DNA of 64,000 bases from Kiritimatiellia bacterium (GTDB taxonomy: Bacteria; Verrucomicrobiota; Kiritimatiellia; JAAZAB01), in NCBI GenBank assembly GCA_040767085.1, contig JAXGPF010000003.1, positions 384,001-448,000 on the forward strand. The letters run 5' to 3'. A program made the position numbers and the translations under genes. Within the stretch, counting starts at the first letter, position 1, and every line of letters begins with the position of its first letter. Of the stretch, positions 49,486-60,087 are shown in pieces. The notes below the pieces were generated by a model. That model saw only the letters and a program-made list of their open reading frames with translations, was not told the origin of the DNA and made no database searches.

Positions 49486-51996
49486 TTATTCAACTTCCTG
49501 TATTTTCCGCCATCCAATGCGGCCGTTGCAGACTTTGCGCTCCTCGGCGACGCCCTCCGGAAAAGTCGTCCAGAGACTTTTTTCACCGATGTTCAGCCGG
49601 GCAACCAGCAAGACGCGCGAATCATCCTGAAGCGCAGGAATGAACAACCGGTGTTCCACGTGCCGGTCCCGGCCTGCGCCCCGAACTCCGGTCCAGGTAT
49701 CCGGACTGGCGCAAATCTTTTTTTCATCACCCGTGGCAGCCTGTTCGACAACCTCAACGGAGGCAATCCTGGTGCCGTAACCTTCGCCGCTATCGAACGT
49801 GGCGTGATACAATCCGCCCGTCCGGAGCACTTTGCCGGAAACATCAATTTTCACAACCGCGGCGCCCTTGCTGAAATCGGAAGCTTTCCAGGCGCCAAGC
49901 GGCACGATGCGCGTTTCCGGGCGCGGATCCTTCACGCCGCATTCCGCAAACATTTTCCACACTGCATCCGCCGCAAGATGCAGGACAACCGTCATATTCC
50001 TGGCGCGCCCCGTCATTCCACTTGCGGCAATATTATCATCCTTGTCGCCCGTGTCAACCCGGGTTGATTGCCGCATTGTTCTCTCCATCAAGTCATTCCA
50101 GCCGATCAAAGCGTTGCGGAAACGCGCGGCAGCCTCGTCCAGCGTCCCGCCCAACTCAAGCATTTGCGCGGCGGTCATTTCCGCCGACTCCGAGATTGTC
50201 CGGAGCACGGCATAGGCCTTCAACATGTTGAACGTATATTCCGACTCGTATGCCAATGCGGGTTGATTGATCCGTTTGGCGATGACGAGCGCTGCCCCGG
50301 CATTTTCCATATCGTTGGAAAACACGGCGCGATCCCATAAACGTCCAGTCTCGATTGGCTCCATGAAACGCGCGCCGCTTTTGACCACTTTCCCCATATC
50401 GCTCAACAGCAGGGTATGGAAGCTGACACCGCCTGCCGGTTGTTCGGCAATATCCCAGTTGGGCTCGCCGATACACTCAATCCACCGGACGAAATCATCT
50501 TGATTATCCATACGCATGACGTTGGCGTAAGCACGCGCAAACTGCACGGGCGTGCGGCCCTTGCTGTTCCAGCCCCATTCGGCCGCCGCCGCCGTATTGA
50601 TCGGGTAGTATGAAACCGAGGGCGGCACATAAAGCGATATGCCCGGCAGTTTTTTGGCGGTAAATTCGGTCATGCGGAAATGGACAAATTGCGGGCTGCT
50701 GAAAGGCACATAAGTCCGGATATTGGCGCCGATTGAAGGAACCACATCGAGCCATCCGCCATTTTGGCAAAACTCTTCGAGATTGGCCGGAATCATGGGA
50801 TTCCGGTCAGTCCGGTACGTCCGCTGCCCCTGATAGTAGCTAAGCTTGATGCCGGCGGGCAAATTCGCGATGATTTTATTGTTGGAATCATCGTAATCAT
50901 ACGTGCCCTGGCTGAGCATAAGGCACAGGCGCATATCCGGATATTTCGCGCGAACCTTGTCAAAGGCCGCCGTTATGCACTGCAGCTCAAGCAAATAGGC
51001 GTTTTTGCCGGCGCATTTGCCACAGGCGCAGACCGCCTGTCCTTCAGAAAACCAAACTTTGAGATCGCGATGGAAGGGCGCAACCTGATCGGCGATATCC
51101 ATCAGCCATTTGGCCATGATTTCCCGGGCGCCGTCGCTTTGCATGCAAAAGAAATGCGCCGTGCCGAGGAATCCATGATCAACGGCCGGCGCCAGCGCGT
51201 TTTCATAGCGGGCGCGCGCCTTTGTGTTTCTGACAATACCCCGATCCATTATCGCGGCGAGATGGGGAATATAGCAAACCGCGGTTATGCCTTCGCCGGC
51301 GGCATTGCTGATGATTTCCTTGTTTACCAGGGCCTCCGGCAGGCCATCGGCATCAAATCCACAGCCCGCGGCAAATTGCATGTCGTTTATTTTCCATCCG
51401 GCCAGCCAGGCGGCCGCCGCCGGGGTTTCGCCCCATATCCCGCGCAATTCCATGTCGGGCCAGTCAAAAACAGTCGCCAGCGGCAATGCGAGATTGCCAT
51501 GGGCAGCCATTTTTTCCGGCGCCTGCACGAGCATGGCAAAAGTCCGGGCCGCATTGAGCACGCCCAGCGGCGTGTTGCCGATCAATGCCACGCCCGCGGG
51601 GGAAGCCAACGGAATAATCGCGTAGGCCTGGTCCTTGTTCGGAGCGTTGGAGAGCCGTTCGATAATTCCGGCCGGAATTGAGCCGTCCGGCTTGCAGGTC
51701 AGCGCCATGCGCACGACAAATTTGCCGCCTTGCCTGGCCTGCGCAAAATGGCGGATCAGCGTTGCGGCGGCGGCAATCTTCGGATCAGCGGACACGAACG
51801 GCTCAAGCCGGATTTCGTCCGCCCGGAGATTAACGCTTTTTGCGACAGCTATTTCCTTGGGCAATGGAATAACCCGGTCGCTCCAGGCGATTTTTCCGGC
51901 GGCAGCCCCGTGCAAATCCGATTTTTCCGGACCTTGGCAGGAAGCAAGCATTACCACCAAGATTCCGAGCAGACCAGGAGTTGCGTGTTTTTTCAT
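49486..51996 (-). CDS. Lipoprotein with GH20-type N-terminal domain and uncharacterised barrel
   Basis: Lipobox LAS-C; VIPLPKE, DQAY, DWPDMELRGIW; WFSE; AEWGWN. Confidence 0.75.
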   Translation of the reverse strand: MKKHATPGLLGILVVMLASCQGPEKSDLHGAAAGKIAWSDRVIPLPKEIAVAKSVNLRADEIRLEPFVSADPKIAAAATLIRHFAQARQGGKFVVRMALTCKPDGSIPAGIIERLSNAPNKDQAYAIIPLASPAGVALIGNTPLGVLNAARTFAMLVQAPEKMAAHGNLALPLATVFDWPDMELRGIWGETPAAAAWLAGWKINDMQFAAGCGFDADGLPEALVNKEIISNAAGEGITAVCYIPHLAAIMDRGIVRNTKARARYENALAPAVDHGFLGTAHFFCMQSDGAREIMAKWLMDIADQVAPFHRDLKVWFSEGQAVCACGKCAGKNAYLLELQCITAAFDKVRAKYPDMRLCLMLSQGTYDYDDSNNKIIANLPAGIKLSYYQGQRTYRTDRNPMIPANLEEFCQNGGWLDVVPSIGANIRTYVPFSSPQFVHFRMTEFTAKKLPGISLYVPPSVSYYPINTAAAAEWGWNSKGRTPVQFARAYANVMRMDNQDDFVRWIECIGEPNWDIAEQPAGGVSFHTLLLSDMGKVVKSGARFMEPIETGRLWDRAVFSNDMENAGAALVIAKRINQPALAYESEYTFNMLKAYAVLRTISESAEMTAAQMLELGGTLDEAAARFRNALIGWNDLMERTMRQSTRVDTGDKDDNIAASGMTGRARNMTVVLHLAADAVWKMFAECGVKDPRPETRIVPLGAWKASDFSKGAAVVKIDVSGKVLRTGGLYHATFDSGEGYGTRIASVEVVEQAATGDEKKICASPDTWTGVRGAGRDRHVEHRLFIPALQDDSRVLLVARLNIGEKSLWTTFPEGVAEERKVCNGRIGWRKIQEVE

Positions 51997-52011
51997 GAAT
52001 GTTTGCTCCGG

Positions 52012-52049
52012 CCTGAACCCGTAACAGGAAATCCCGTTACGGATTCAGG
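52012..52049 (-). other. Hairpin immediately upstream of the lipoprotein RBS
   Basis: cctgaacccgtaacagga-aa-tcccgttacggattcagg; both mismatches are G-U on the minus strand. Confidence 0.6.
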
Positions 52050-52403
52050 TATATATCCCCGCAGTTTTTTACAGGCATCAATCAGACCGGCATGCCGGGT
52101 TCGACCATCACGCGCAGTCCCCGCAGGCCTGCCTCAGCGGAACGGCGCAAGATGCCCAGGGATACCAGTCGGCCCAGGCCGGCGAAGCCATCCGGGCGGC
52201 TGATCCGCATCCCGCGCCGCTGGCGCGAATTCACGTTGCCCGGCATGTTCACCCGGCCCGGCGCCGCGCCGGCCGCGCCGCCGTTTGCCCGGATACAGGC
52301 GCCGAACTTCCTCGCGACGGCGTCAACCCGGCTTTCCGGTGATGCTAACAAGCGCTTTCGCATACGCTGATGTCCGATTTTTTTATATATATCCTGCTCT
52401 AAA

Positions 52404-55400
52404 TCACGGATCAAAAGCGGTGGCATCCGTTCCCGCTTCCAACTGCGCGGCATCCACCCAAACCGTCACATTCGTCGGCTGAGGATTGACCAATATGCCA
52501 AAGCCATATTTGCGCGGCACCCTGCGCGGCAAGGTAACCGGCAGGACGTAGCGTTGCCAATTGGTCGAAGCCATAAAGACCCGTTTATGCGGATACTCGC
52601 CGCGCCAGCCGCAACCGCTCAACTGCACCGGAACGCCGTCACGATCGGCGCGTACAAATGCCGAAAACACAAAATTGGAGGCGGCGGCCGTGATCGGTTC
52701 CAAGCCTATGCGCAATGCGCGGCCAGCTTCAGCCGCCGTTTGCATGCGCAGCGCGAACTGGCCGTGATAGGGCGCATTGGCATCCATCACATAAACGGCC
52801 CCCGTCCCGCCCATGCGCTGATCATAATTAATGCGTCCGGAATTCCAGTAGTCCGGCAGGCCCGGCACGCTGGATTCCTCGAAACTGGCATTGGGAATCA
52901 GGTTCTTGTGATCGGGCCGCCCGGTCCGGGGAGCGACAGTTTCCGGGGGTGCTGCCTGGCTCTGGTCGGGGCGCGCGCGCACAGCCAGCTCGGTTATTGG
53001 CGGCTTGTGATTTGCGCTTTGCAATTGCTCCGCCGCGATGCCTGCCGCTGTTGGCCGTTCGCTGATCACATACGCGCGCACCCCGTTCGGCTCAAGACGA
53101 TCCTTAAAACTCCGGCCGGTTACGGGATAACATTCCGGACTGAACAGGCGCCGCACCGTTCCGGTGGCGGACAGGATGCTGATGGTATATTCCGCGTCAA
53201 CGGGACATTGGCGGCTATTCGCCGCCAGCAGCACCAATTCGCCTTGAGGGAAAGCGCACAAGCGGACATGCACATCCGGGTAGATGTCCTGATCCGAATC
53301 ATAACCGTTGCTCCCGTAATCCACAACTTGCGGCACTTCCGGCGCGGTCAGCGCCGGGCTCAACTGCCGAATCTCGTCCGCGAGTTGGCGCAGACAATCC
53401 CACGACACCTGATGGAAAAGCGGATAGGAAAAATAGACCAGCGCCCGGGCGCCGTGGATCAAGGCCAGGTAGGTTTGCGCCCGCTGCTCGTCCGGCCGGA
53501 TCATCCGCTTGTGTTTGTTGGCGGTGTACTCGGCCATGGGGGTGATGAGGGTCGGCTTATGCAGCGCCGTGGCGCGACGATCCAGCAGCGCGGTCCATTT
53601 GGCAACTTTCAGCGGCGAGTCCTGCAGGCCCCGCGGCGGAGGCGCCCAGTAGATATCCCGTCCGAGCAGGTCGCTCCAGTCGGTCCATTGCTCGTCGTCC
53701 GGCGGTTGCATATTCCACACGTTGTACGAGGGCCGATAGCCATCCAGTTCCTGAATCAGACGGTATAGACGGCGGCCTTCGATGTATTGATCGAATAGTT
53801 GCGTGGGCTCGTCAAACGTGTAATACGCCATCAGGGCCGGATGATCTTTTATCCGGCGGATGACGTCGGCCATGATGGGCTCAGCCTGGTCGTATTGCTG
53901 TGCAAAGAGCCGGTTCATCGCCTCGCGGCCGCCCTGGCGCCGGGCTTCCTGCATGGCCGCCTGATTGCGGAATGCTGAGAGCGAGACGCCGGGAAGGAAG
54001 TTTTCGACTTTCATGATTGCCAGGAGGTTGTTTGTGGCGGCCAGGTCCAGGAAGGGCACGGCGGCCGCCGCGTCTAATTGCGCCCAGTGCACAACGCAAT
54101 TGACACCCAGGCCGGCAACATCCTTGAATACATCGGCCTGATCCGGTGTGATCCTGGCCATGAAAACACCCACCGGGAAAAATGGCTTCCCCTCGCGCAA
54201 CAAAACGCGCTGTTGCTGATCAATTTTCCACTCGCAGCCCGGCTGGGGCGCCTTTTTCCTGATGGCGACTGTCTGCCGGGCCAAGATATCGCCATTGGTC
54301 CAGCAACAGTCTACTTCGAACAGGATATTGCCTATGGGCAACGACCGTAGATCAAGCTTTGCCTCTGTTTCAGCCTGAGCGACCCTCAGCCGGCTATGCA
54401 CACAATCCTGCATGTCTTTCACCAAGAGGACCGTCTGGTTTAAGCGCTGTTCCGGCAGGTTGACCCGGCAAATCAGGCGCGCCTCTTTCTCCGTCGTATA
54501 ATAATTACGGTCCGGAAAAACCGTCAGCAGTTCCAACGCCTGGGTGTCATGCAGCCATTGGCTTTGCAACACTTCGCCGCTCAAGGCATCCTTCAATTCC
54601 AGCCGCGCGGTGCGTTGAACCAGGGACGTCACCGGCATCGTCAGTTCGATGGGCAGGACTGATCTCTGGCCGGCCAATTCTATTTTACGGCTGACGGTCT
54701 GTTCCTGGCTGGCCACGGGTTGATCGGTCAAGGTCAACCAAACACTCCCCGGCTGCTTGCTGAACGTCTGCAGTTTCGTGCAAACACGATACCCCATCCC
54801 GGATTGATCAAACTGGTATCCCAAAATACGTGTTTTTTCGCACTGGGGCAGGAACGGCAGATTAAAACGGCGGCCAGCCCATCCCTGGACACTGCCGAAG
54901 CGGTCCGCTTCCAGCCACCAGGCGCTGTTGACCGGCGCCCAGCTATAAATCACACGATCTGCGTCGCCCGCGTACCCGGACATCACCATCAGATTCAGCC
55001 GGGCCTGCTCCAGCCTGGCATTGGCGGTTAACAACGCCATGGGAACGGCCATTTCAGCCTGCCAGCCGAAATCGGTCAGCCGGGTGGCGGAACGCCACGG
55101 AATCTTCCAACCCAACTTACCCAGCGTGTAATCCGGCTCGTAAAAACGCTGGTCGGCCCTGATATTGCCGGCGCTCAGCCGGAACAGATACCAGTTGCGG
55201 CCGCCGGTCCCGGGGTCCAGCGCCAGCTTGACGCAATTCTCGCGTTGCACCGGATCGTCATGCAGACGGGCCTTATGCAGAATCCGGGCTGGAGAAGGAT
55301 GCCAAATCCTGAACCCGGCATAAAGCCATTCCTTGTCCGTCATCAGCTTGACGGAATGCCCTGAAAATATCGGCGCCGCGGTGTCGACAACGAAAAAATT

Positions 55401-55586
55401 CGAGACGGTCGCGGCTTCCTGCCAGGCGGCATCCGCCAAGTCGCCATCCAATACCGGCGCCTGTGAGCATTGCGGGATGGTAATGCCGGGCATACTTGTT
55501 GCCTGGGCAGACAGCCGGAGAGCGCCGGCCATGACAAGCACGCCGTAAAAGACAGACAGACAAACGGCGGACATTCTATTCAACAT
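52404..55586 (-). CDS. Secreted multidomain protein: CBM9-like, TIM-barrel GH-like and CBM4/9-like domains
   Basis: PVLDGDLADAAW, WQAEMAVP; GKPFFPVG, HPALMAYYTFDEP, TYLALIHGA; NLIPNASFE; GGAGG RBS before 55586. Confidence 0.72.
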   Translation of the reverse strand: MLNRMSAVCLSVFYGVLVMAGALRLSAQATSMPGITIPQCSQAPVLDGDLADAAWQEAATVSNFFVVDTAAPIFSGHSVKLMTDKEWLYAGFRIWHPSPARILHKARLHDDPVQRENCVKLALDPGTGGRNWYLFRLSAGNIRADQRFYEPDYTLGKLGWKIPWRSATRLTDFGWQAEMAVPMALLTANARLEQARLNLMVMSGYAGDADRVIYSWAPVNSAWWLEADRFGSVQGWAGRRFNLPFLPQCEKTRILGYQFDQSGMGYRVCTKLQTFSKQPGSVWLTLTDQPVASQEQTVSRKIELAGQRSVLPIELTMPVTSLVQRTARLELKDALSGEVLQSQWLHDTQALELLTVFPDRNYYTTEKEARLICRVNLPEQRLNQTVLLVKDMQDCVHSRLRVAQAETEAKLDLRSLPIGNILFEVDCCWTNGDILARQTVAIRKKAPQPGCEWKIDQQQRVLLREGKPFFPVGVFMARITPDQADVFKDVAGLGVNCVVHWAQLDAAAAVPFLDLAATNNLLAIMKVENFLPGVSLSAFRNQAAMQEARRQGGREAMNRLFAQQYDQAEPIMADVIRRIKDHPALMAYYTFDEPTQLFDQYIEGRRLYRLIQELDGYRPSYNVWNMQPPDDEQWTDWSDLLGRDIYWAPPPRGLQDSPLKVAKWTALLDRRATALHKPTLITPMAEYTANKHKRMIRPDEQRAQTYLALIHGARALVYFSYPLFHQVSWDCLRQLADEIRQLSPALTAPEVPQVVDYGSNGYDSDQDIYPDVHVRLCAFPQGELVLLAANSRQCPVDAEYTISILSATGTVRRLFSPECYPVTGRSFKDRLEPNGVRAYVISERPTAAGIAAEQLQSANHKPPITELAVRARPDQSQAAPPETVAPRTGRPDHKNLIPNASFEESSVPGLPDYWNSGRINYDQRMGGTGAVYVMDANAPYHGQFALRMQTAAEAGRALRIGLEPITAAASNFVFSAFVRADRDGVPVQLSGCGWRGEYPHKRVFMASTNWQRYVLPVTLPRRVPRKYGFGILVNPQPTNVTVWVDAAQLEAGTDATAFDP

Positions 55587-55599
55587 ACGCGCCTCCAGA

Positions 55600-57657
55600 T
55601 TATTCTTTCTTTTCAACCAGGCGGGCAATGCGGTCCATGCCATCGCGCCATAGTCTGGCATGGTTGGCTTGCATCTGTTCAGCGCCGTCGGGAGCATCCA
55701 AGCCGGCGGCAACGACATCCACTTGCTGATTAAACGCCGCGATTACCTGCTCCACGGCGGCGTGCAGCGGCGCCAAAGACTGGTCCGACATTACAGCTTG
55801 ATTGGTTGTCACGCCTGTCCTGGCGGATAACGTATCTGCCAGCAGGCGCACCTGCCTGGCCGCGGAATAAAGGGCTTGGACATAGCGTGTTTCGCAGGCC
55901 AGCGACGGGTCGTTGATCCGCTGGGCCAGGGGCAACGCCCGCTCACAGGCCGCGACCGCCCGGTCGCACGCGGCGGTGTCCGGCAGGCTGGAAGGAAAGC
56001 CATTGGCGCCGACCCCAGGCCGCGCCGCCTCCGCGGCGGTATTCAAATCTGACACCCACCGGTTGAGGACAATCCGCATGGGGCTGACGGCCGCTTCCAG
56101 CGGCTCCATCGCCAGGATCCATTCGGCCACAACTTCGGGAGGATTCAGTCCCTGGCGCGCGGCCCAAACGGCAATGAACTGTTTCAGATCGCGGCCGTGG
56201 GCATTCCACGTCCATTCCGCCGTGGCATATATCCGATAATTAAAATAGCCTTTTTCATAAACGCCCTTTACCGGCCGGCTCAATTCCAGCGCGCTAAGAC
56301 TGTAAACGCCGCTCCAGCGGTTCGAATAATACTCCAGGGCGCTTGCCCGAATGCGAGAGCCGGCAAAAAAGCGGCAGCCGCCATCAAAACTGCGCGGAAT
56401 ACCCGAACCGAACCCATAGGTTGCCACCCACTTGCCCTGGGCCGCGGCTTCATGAAAGGGCTGCTTGGCGCCGCCATAGACTTTTTCGATCTTCATCCCA
56501 TCGGGCACCAGGGCCAGGCACTCGGCCGCATCCTGGATATCCTTGGGCATGCAAGATTTTGGACAATTTCCAAGCGTGAAAAATATGCGCGCGGCAAGGT
56601 CCGGATACTGTTTCCGGGCGCGCTGCCAGGCTTTAACGCATGCCTCCGTCTCCCGTTGAAACTGACGGGGGCCAGCCTGCAGGCAGCGCTCGCAGCCGCA
56701 TTGGCAGGGGGTGTATTCGGTCAGCCACAGGCTGAATTCGCGCGGGCCCTGCGCCGCAGCGCTCTCCAGCCAATCGCCGATCAGCGACGCCAGCAGCGGA
56801 TTGGACGCACAAGGACAGCGGCCCCGGTCGGGACGGCCCGGATTCCGGGCGCCGTCCCCGATGCCTTTCAATTCCGGGTAGCGTTCGTATACCGCCTTCC
56901 AGCCTTCCAGGTCAAAATGCGCCAGATGCGGCATCAAATGGAAGGCCCGTTTCGCGGCTTCCTGAATCTGCTGCATCGGCAACGGTGGGCACAGACCCTT
57001 CCCATCCGGATCAATCCGGATCGGGACTGAAACATGGCCGAAGTTCAGTTTCAGGGAGGCCATCCACGGGATGATTTCATGGCTGTTGTTCCAAAGTCCG
57101 CGCTCGTCAAAGTCCGGCCAGTCCACCACCTTCGCCAACGGCACCTCAATCCGATTGGAAGAGACGGTCTGCCCGAGCAACTGTAGCAGAGTTTGAACGC
57201 CATAATAAACGCCCTTGCCGCTGGTCCCGGCAATCGTCAACCCTCCCTCCGGCCAAGGCTGAATGAGATACGCCTGGTCGGCGTTTGGAAGCGTCCGTAG
57301 CCGTTCGACCCCCCGAACGGCACGACCGGCCACCCGGTCTTCCGCATCCGCGACACCGGCGACAATGATAAAATTCGTGCCTTGGAGCGCTGCGCCTGTT
57401 TTGTCACGCACCCATTCAGTCAATTCAAGTGCGGCCTGCCGCTCGATCTCGCCGGCTGACGCCGTCAATTTAAACCCGATATCCGCGGGCGCCATACCAA
57501 CCTTGTTAGCAATGGAGATTTCATGGGGCAACGGGATGACCCGCTCAATCCAAACCCGCGCCTCATCACTGCTAACAGACTTTAACTCCGCCGCCGGCGC
57601 GGCCGGCGTGAACAGATTGACCAATCCAACGCCCAGCAAGCTCATGATTGTTCGCAT
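55600..57657 (-). CDS. Secreted GH20-like N-domain protein; paralogue of 49486-51996
   Basis: VIPLPHE, DQAY, DWPDFDERGLW, WLTE, AEWTWNAHGR. Confidence 0.75.
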   Translation of the reverse strand: MRTIMSLLGVGLVNLFTPAAPAAELKSVSSDEARVWIERVIPLPHEISIANKVGMAPADIGFKLTASAGEIERQAALELTEWVRDKTGAALQGTNFIIVAGVADAEDRVAGRAVRGVERLRTLPNADQAYLIQPWPEGGLTIAGTSGKGVYYGVQTLLQLLGQTVSSNRIEVPLAKVVDWPDFDERGLWNNSHEIIPWMASLKLNFGHVSVPIRIDPDGKGLCPPLPMQQIQEAAKRAFHLMPHLAHFDLEGWKAVYERYPELKGIGDGARNPGRPDRGRCPCASNPLLASLIGDWLESAAAQGPREFSLWLTEYTPCQCGCERCLQAGPRQFQRETEACVKAWQRARKQYPDLAARIFFTLGNCPKSCMPKDIQDAAECLALVPDGMKIEKVYGGAKQPFHEAAAQGKWVATYGFGSGIPRSFDGGCRFFAGSRIRASALEYYSNRWSGVYSLSALELSRPVKGVYEKGYFNYRIYATAEWTWNAHGRDLKQFIAVWAARQGLNPPEVVAEWILAMEPLEAAVSPMRIVLNRWVSDLNTAAEAARPGVGANGFPSSLPDTAACDRAVAACERALPLAQRINDPSLACETRYVQALYSAARQVRLLADTLSARTGVTTNQAVMSDQSLAPLHAAVEQVIAAFNQQVDVVAAGLDAPDGAEQMQANHARLWRDGMDRIARLVEKKE

Positions 57658-57855
57658 GTTTTCTACCCCTCCCGCTTTAACTAATGTGACCGGATCGGAC
57701 GCCCATACGTCCAGGGCTTACTCTGGCCGGAATAATTTGGTTTTTCGGTGATGTTCAGACGGTGACGGACATGGACCTTCCGGGTAGTCCGCCGGCCTCC
57801 AGCGGAGCGCCGCTCTCACATACCATGGCTGGCGACACTTTTCCAACCGTGTCTT

Positions 57856-58719
57856 TCAAGGCTTTAACATCGGGTTCGCTGTCGTTGTGAGCGATCCGAT
57901 CTGTTTCAGAATCTCTTCAGCGACTTTCTGCCCCAGGTAAACATTGCCCGGTTCCTTGAAATGGCTGTTATCCTGGGCAATCCGGAATTCAGCCTTGCGC
58001 GGTTGTATATAGCTGTAAAGATCGTTGACGGGCACGCCGTTGCGCTCCATGACTTCCGCCGCGGCGCGGTTGAATTGAACGATCACCGCGTCGGTGGAAT
58101 CCGGGCCATGGACGGTATTGGCGAAAATCAGCCGGGCGCCGGTCCGCTTGAGCCGCTGCACAATCTGTTCCAGGCGCGCCGGATATTCCTCAATGCCCAG
58201 GCGCATGTCATGGATGCCGAAATTAAAGTGGATCACATCCCAGCAGCCGTCTCCCAGCCAGATTTCAAGCCGCTGGGCTTTCATCACCTTGTTGGTGGAG
58301 AGCGCCGTCGCCGTGTTGCCGCATTGTGCCGGCGCGCGATGAACGTTAGCCTTGCCCGCCAGCGCGTGGCGCACGGTCACGGTGTAGCCGCGCGAAATGG
58401 AATCGCCGATCAACAGGACGCGCGGCAATTTCGGATCATCCTGGACATAATCCCAGGCAGTCTCCAGGCCTTTGGTCTTGGCTTTTTTGTATTCGGTCAG
58501 GTAGTAATTGCCCAGATTTGCCTCGAGGATTGTTTCCCAGGCCCGTTCCTCCGGCGTGCGCACCCACGGCTCTGCCTTGTCCGGCGCATTGGTCGTTGCG
58601 GCCGCGACCGTGGACTCTTTCCCCGGCTCCGGTTCCGGAGCGATCAATTCTTGCGCGGAAACACTACCCAGCGCCACACCCAACAGCATGCAACCAGTCA
58701 TTCGCCACATCCGGATCAT
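57856..58719 (-). CDS. Secreted SGNH/GDSL hydrolase
   Basis: VLLIGDSIS, FNFGIHD, DNSHF motifs. Confidence 0.9.
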   Translation of the reverse strand: MIRMWRMTGCMLLGVALGSVSAQELIAPEPEPGKESTVAAATTNAPDKAEPWVRTPEERAWETILEANLGNYYLTEYKKAKTKGLETAWDYVQDDPKLPRVLLIGDSISRGYTVTVRHALAGKANVHRAPAQCGNTATALSTNKVMKAQRLEIWLGDGCWDVIHFNFGIHDMRLGIEEYPARLEQIVQRLKRTGARLIFANTVHGPDSTDAVIVQFNRAAAEVMERNGVPVNDLYSYIQPRKAEFRIAQDNSHFKEPGNVYLGQKVAEEILKQIGSLTTTANPMLKP

Positions 58720-58793
58720 TTGGCCCGCCTTTCTTTATGTTATTGTTTCGATCGTAAATTTTACATCGTCCCGAATACATTGCCGCGCCCGCA

Positions 58794-60038
58794 TCACGAC
58801 ACGGTTATACGATAGCGGTAGCAATCGGCGGTAAAGTCTTCCCAGCTTGTCCGGGGCTGCTCCGGCAAAGTCAGAACGATCTCGCGGGAGCGACGGTCCT
58901 CGTATATCCCGAAATTGGTATAACGCCGCCGATGGCCCATACCCGGCTCTTCCCCATCAGCCGACACTGTGTCAATAACCGTCACGGTCTTCCGCACAAT
59001 CCGGCCCTGTTCCGGATGCAACTCGGCAATGCACAGGGGATAGCGCGGCCCGGACCCATAAGTGGGCGCGTCCAGGATGTTGCCGATCCAGTAATAGCGC
59101 CGATCCACGGATGAACGTATGACGGCCGCCAGCGAAGAAGGACTCCAGACCGGCCGGCCATCCTCGTAAGTCAGCGGAGCCGGTTTGCTGAACGTGCAAC
59201 CCCCATCCGCTGAAATAGTCCAGAATTTCAAACTGGGATAGGTTTTGCCTTTTTTATCGCCGCAACAGCGCAAGGAAACAAAAATGCGGCCGTCATCCAA
59301 CAGCGCCGGCGCCGGTTCGCAACAGCCCTGGGAAGATTGGCCCGGCGGCACGTTGATGTAGTCCGAAAATGTCCACGTCAAATCGTCCGCAGCGCTCGTC
59401 CAACGGCCGCGAATAAATCCGCTCTGATAGAATGTGCCGTCAAAGAGCTGCACAACGATTGTCGCCAGGATAGCGCCGTCGGCCAGTTGCAGGACCGGCC
59501 CGCCATAGATGCCGCCGCTTTTCTTAAAAAACAAGCCCGGCCCCCAGTGCTCGGCATCGTAGCCCGCGCCGGCGCAGATAACCTGGCGCACAGGGCCCCA
59601 ACTGCGCGCGTGATCCGATGAGACCTGGTAAAAAATCCGCCGTGTGTGCCCGTGGGTGCCGGCATCGGAATACCATTCCGGATGGCTAAGATCGGCCCTG
59701 TTCTGGTAGCTGATAAAGAAACGAATTAAACGTTGGTTGCGCGGGTCCAGGTAATAATGCGGCAGATGAATGCGTTCGCCCTCGATATGGTTCATGGGTT
59801 GCAGGATGGGTTCGCCCAGGAGTTGCCAGGTTTGCCCGTTATCGGCGGAAATACGGGCGCTGATTTCCGGCCAGTAATAGCCCATCATCGGAAATGGTTT
59901 TGGCCCGGTATGCCTGGCTTCCAGTCCGACCGTCTCGATCAATTCATCCTCATCGGCGCGCGTGTAGGACTGGCCCGCGGCATAGACAGCCACGCCCGGT
60001 CGCGGTGCGGCGATATACAATTCTTTGGTAATGCGCAT
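58794..60038 (-). CDS. BNR/Asp-box sialidase-fold protein, no signal peptide
   Basis: SADNGQTW, SSDHARSW, SADGGCTF Asp boxes; CEP; PRYPL. Confidence 0.75.
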   Translation of the reverse strand: MRITKELYIAAPRPGVAVYAAGQSYTRADEDELIETVGLEARHTGPKPFPMMGYYWPEISARISADNGQTWQLLGEPILQPMNHIEGERIHLPHYYLDPRNQRLIRFFISYQNRADLSHPEWYSDAGTHGHTRRIFYQVSSDHARSWGPVRQVICAGAGYDAEHWGPGLFFKKSGGIYGGPVLQLADGAILATIVVQLFDGTFYQSGFIRGRWTSAADDLTWTFSDYINVPPGQSSQGCCEPAPALLDDGRIFVSLRCCGDKKGKTYPSLKFWTISADGGCTFSKPAPLTYEDGRPVWSPSSLAAVIRSSVDRRYYWIGNILDAPTYGSGPRYPLCIAELHPEQGRIVRKTVTVIDTVSADGEEPGMGHRRRYTNFGIYEDRRSREIVLTLPEQPRTSWEDFTADCYRYRITVS

Positions 60039-60087
60039 ATAACTTTTTGCTTGCCTTGACTTAACGATCTCGGAAACGTCCCGCGAC

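Noticed and set aside
57660-57855. Possible riboswitch upstream of the 55600-57657 gene
   Set aside because: No recognisable aptamer consensus or terminator.
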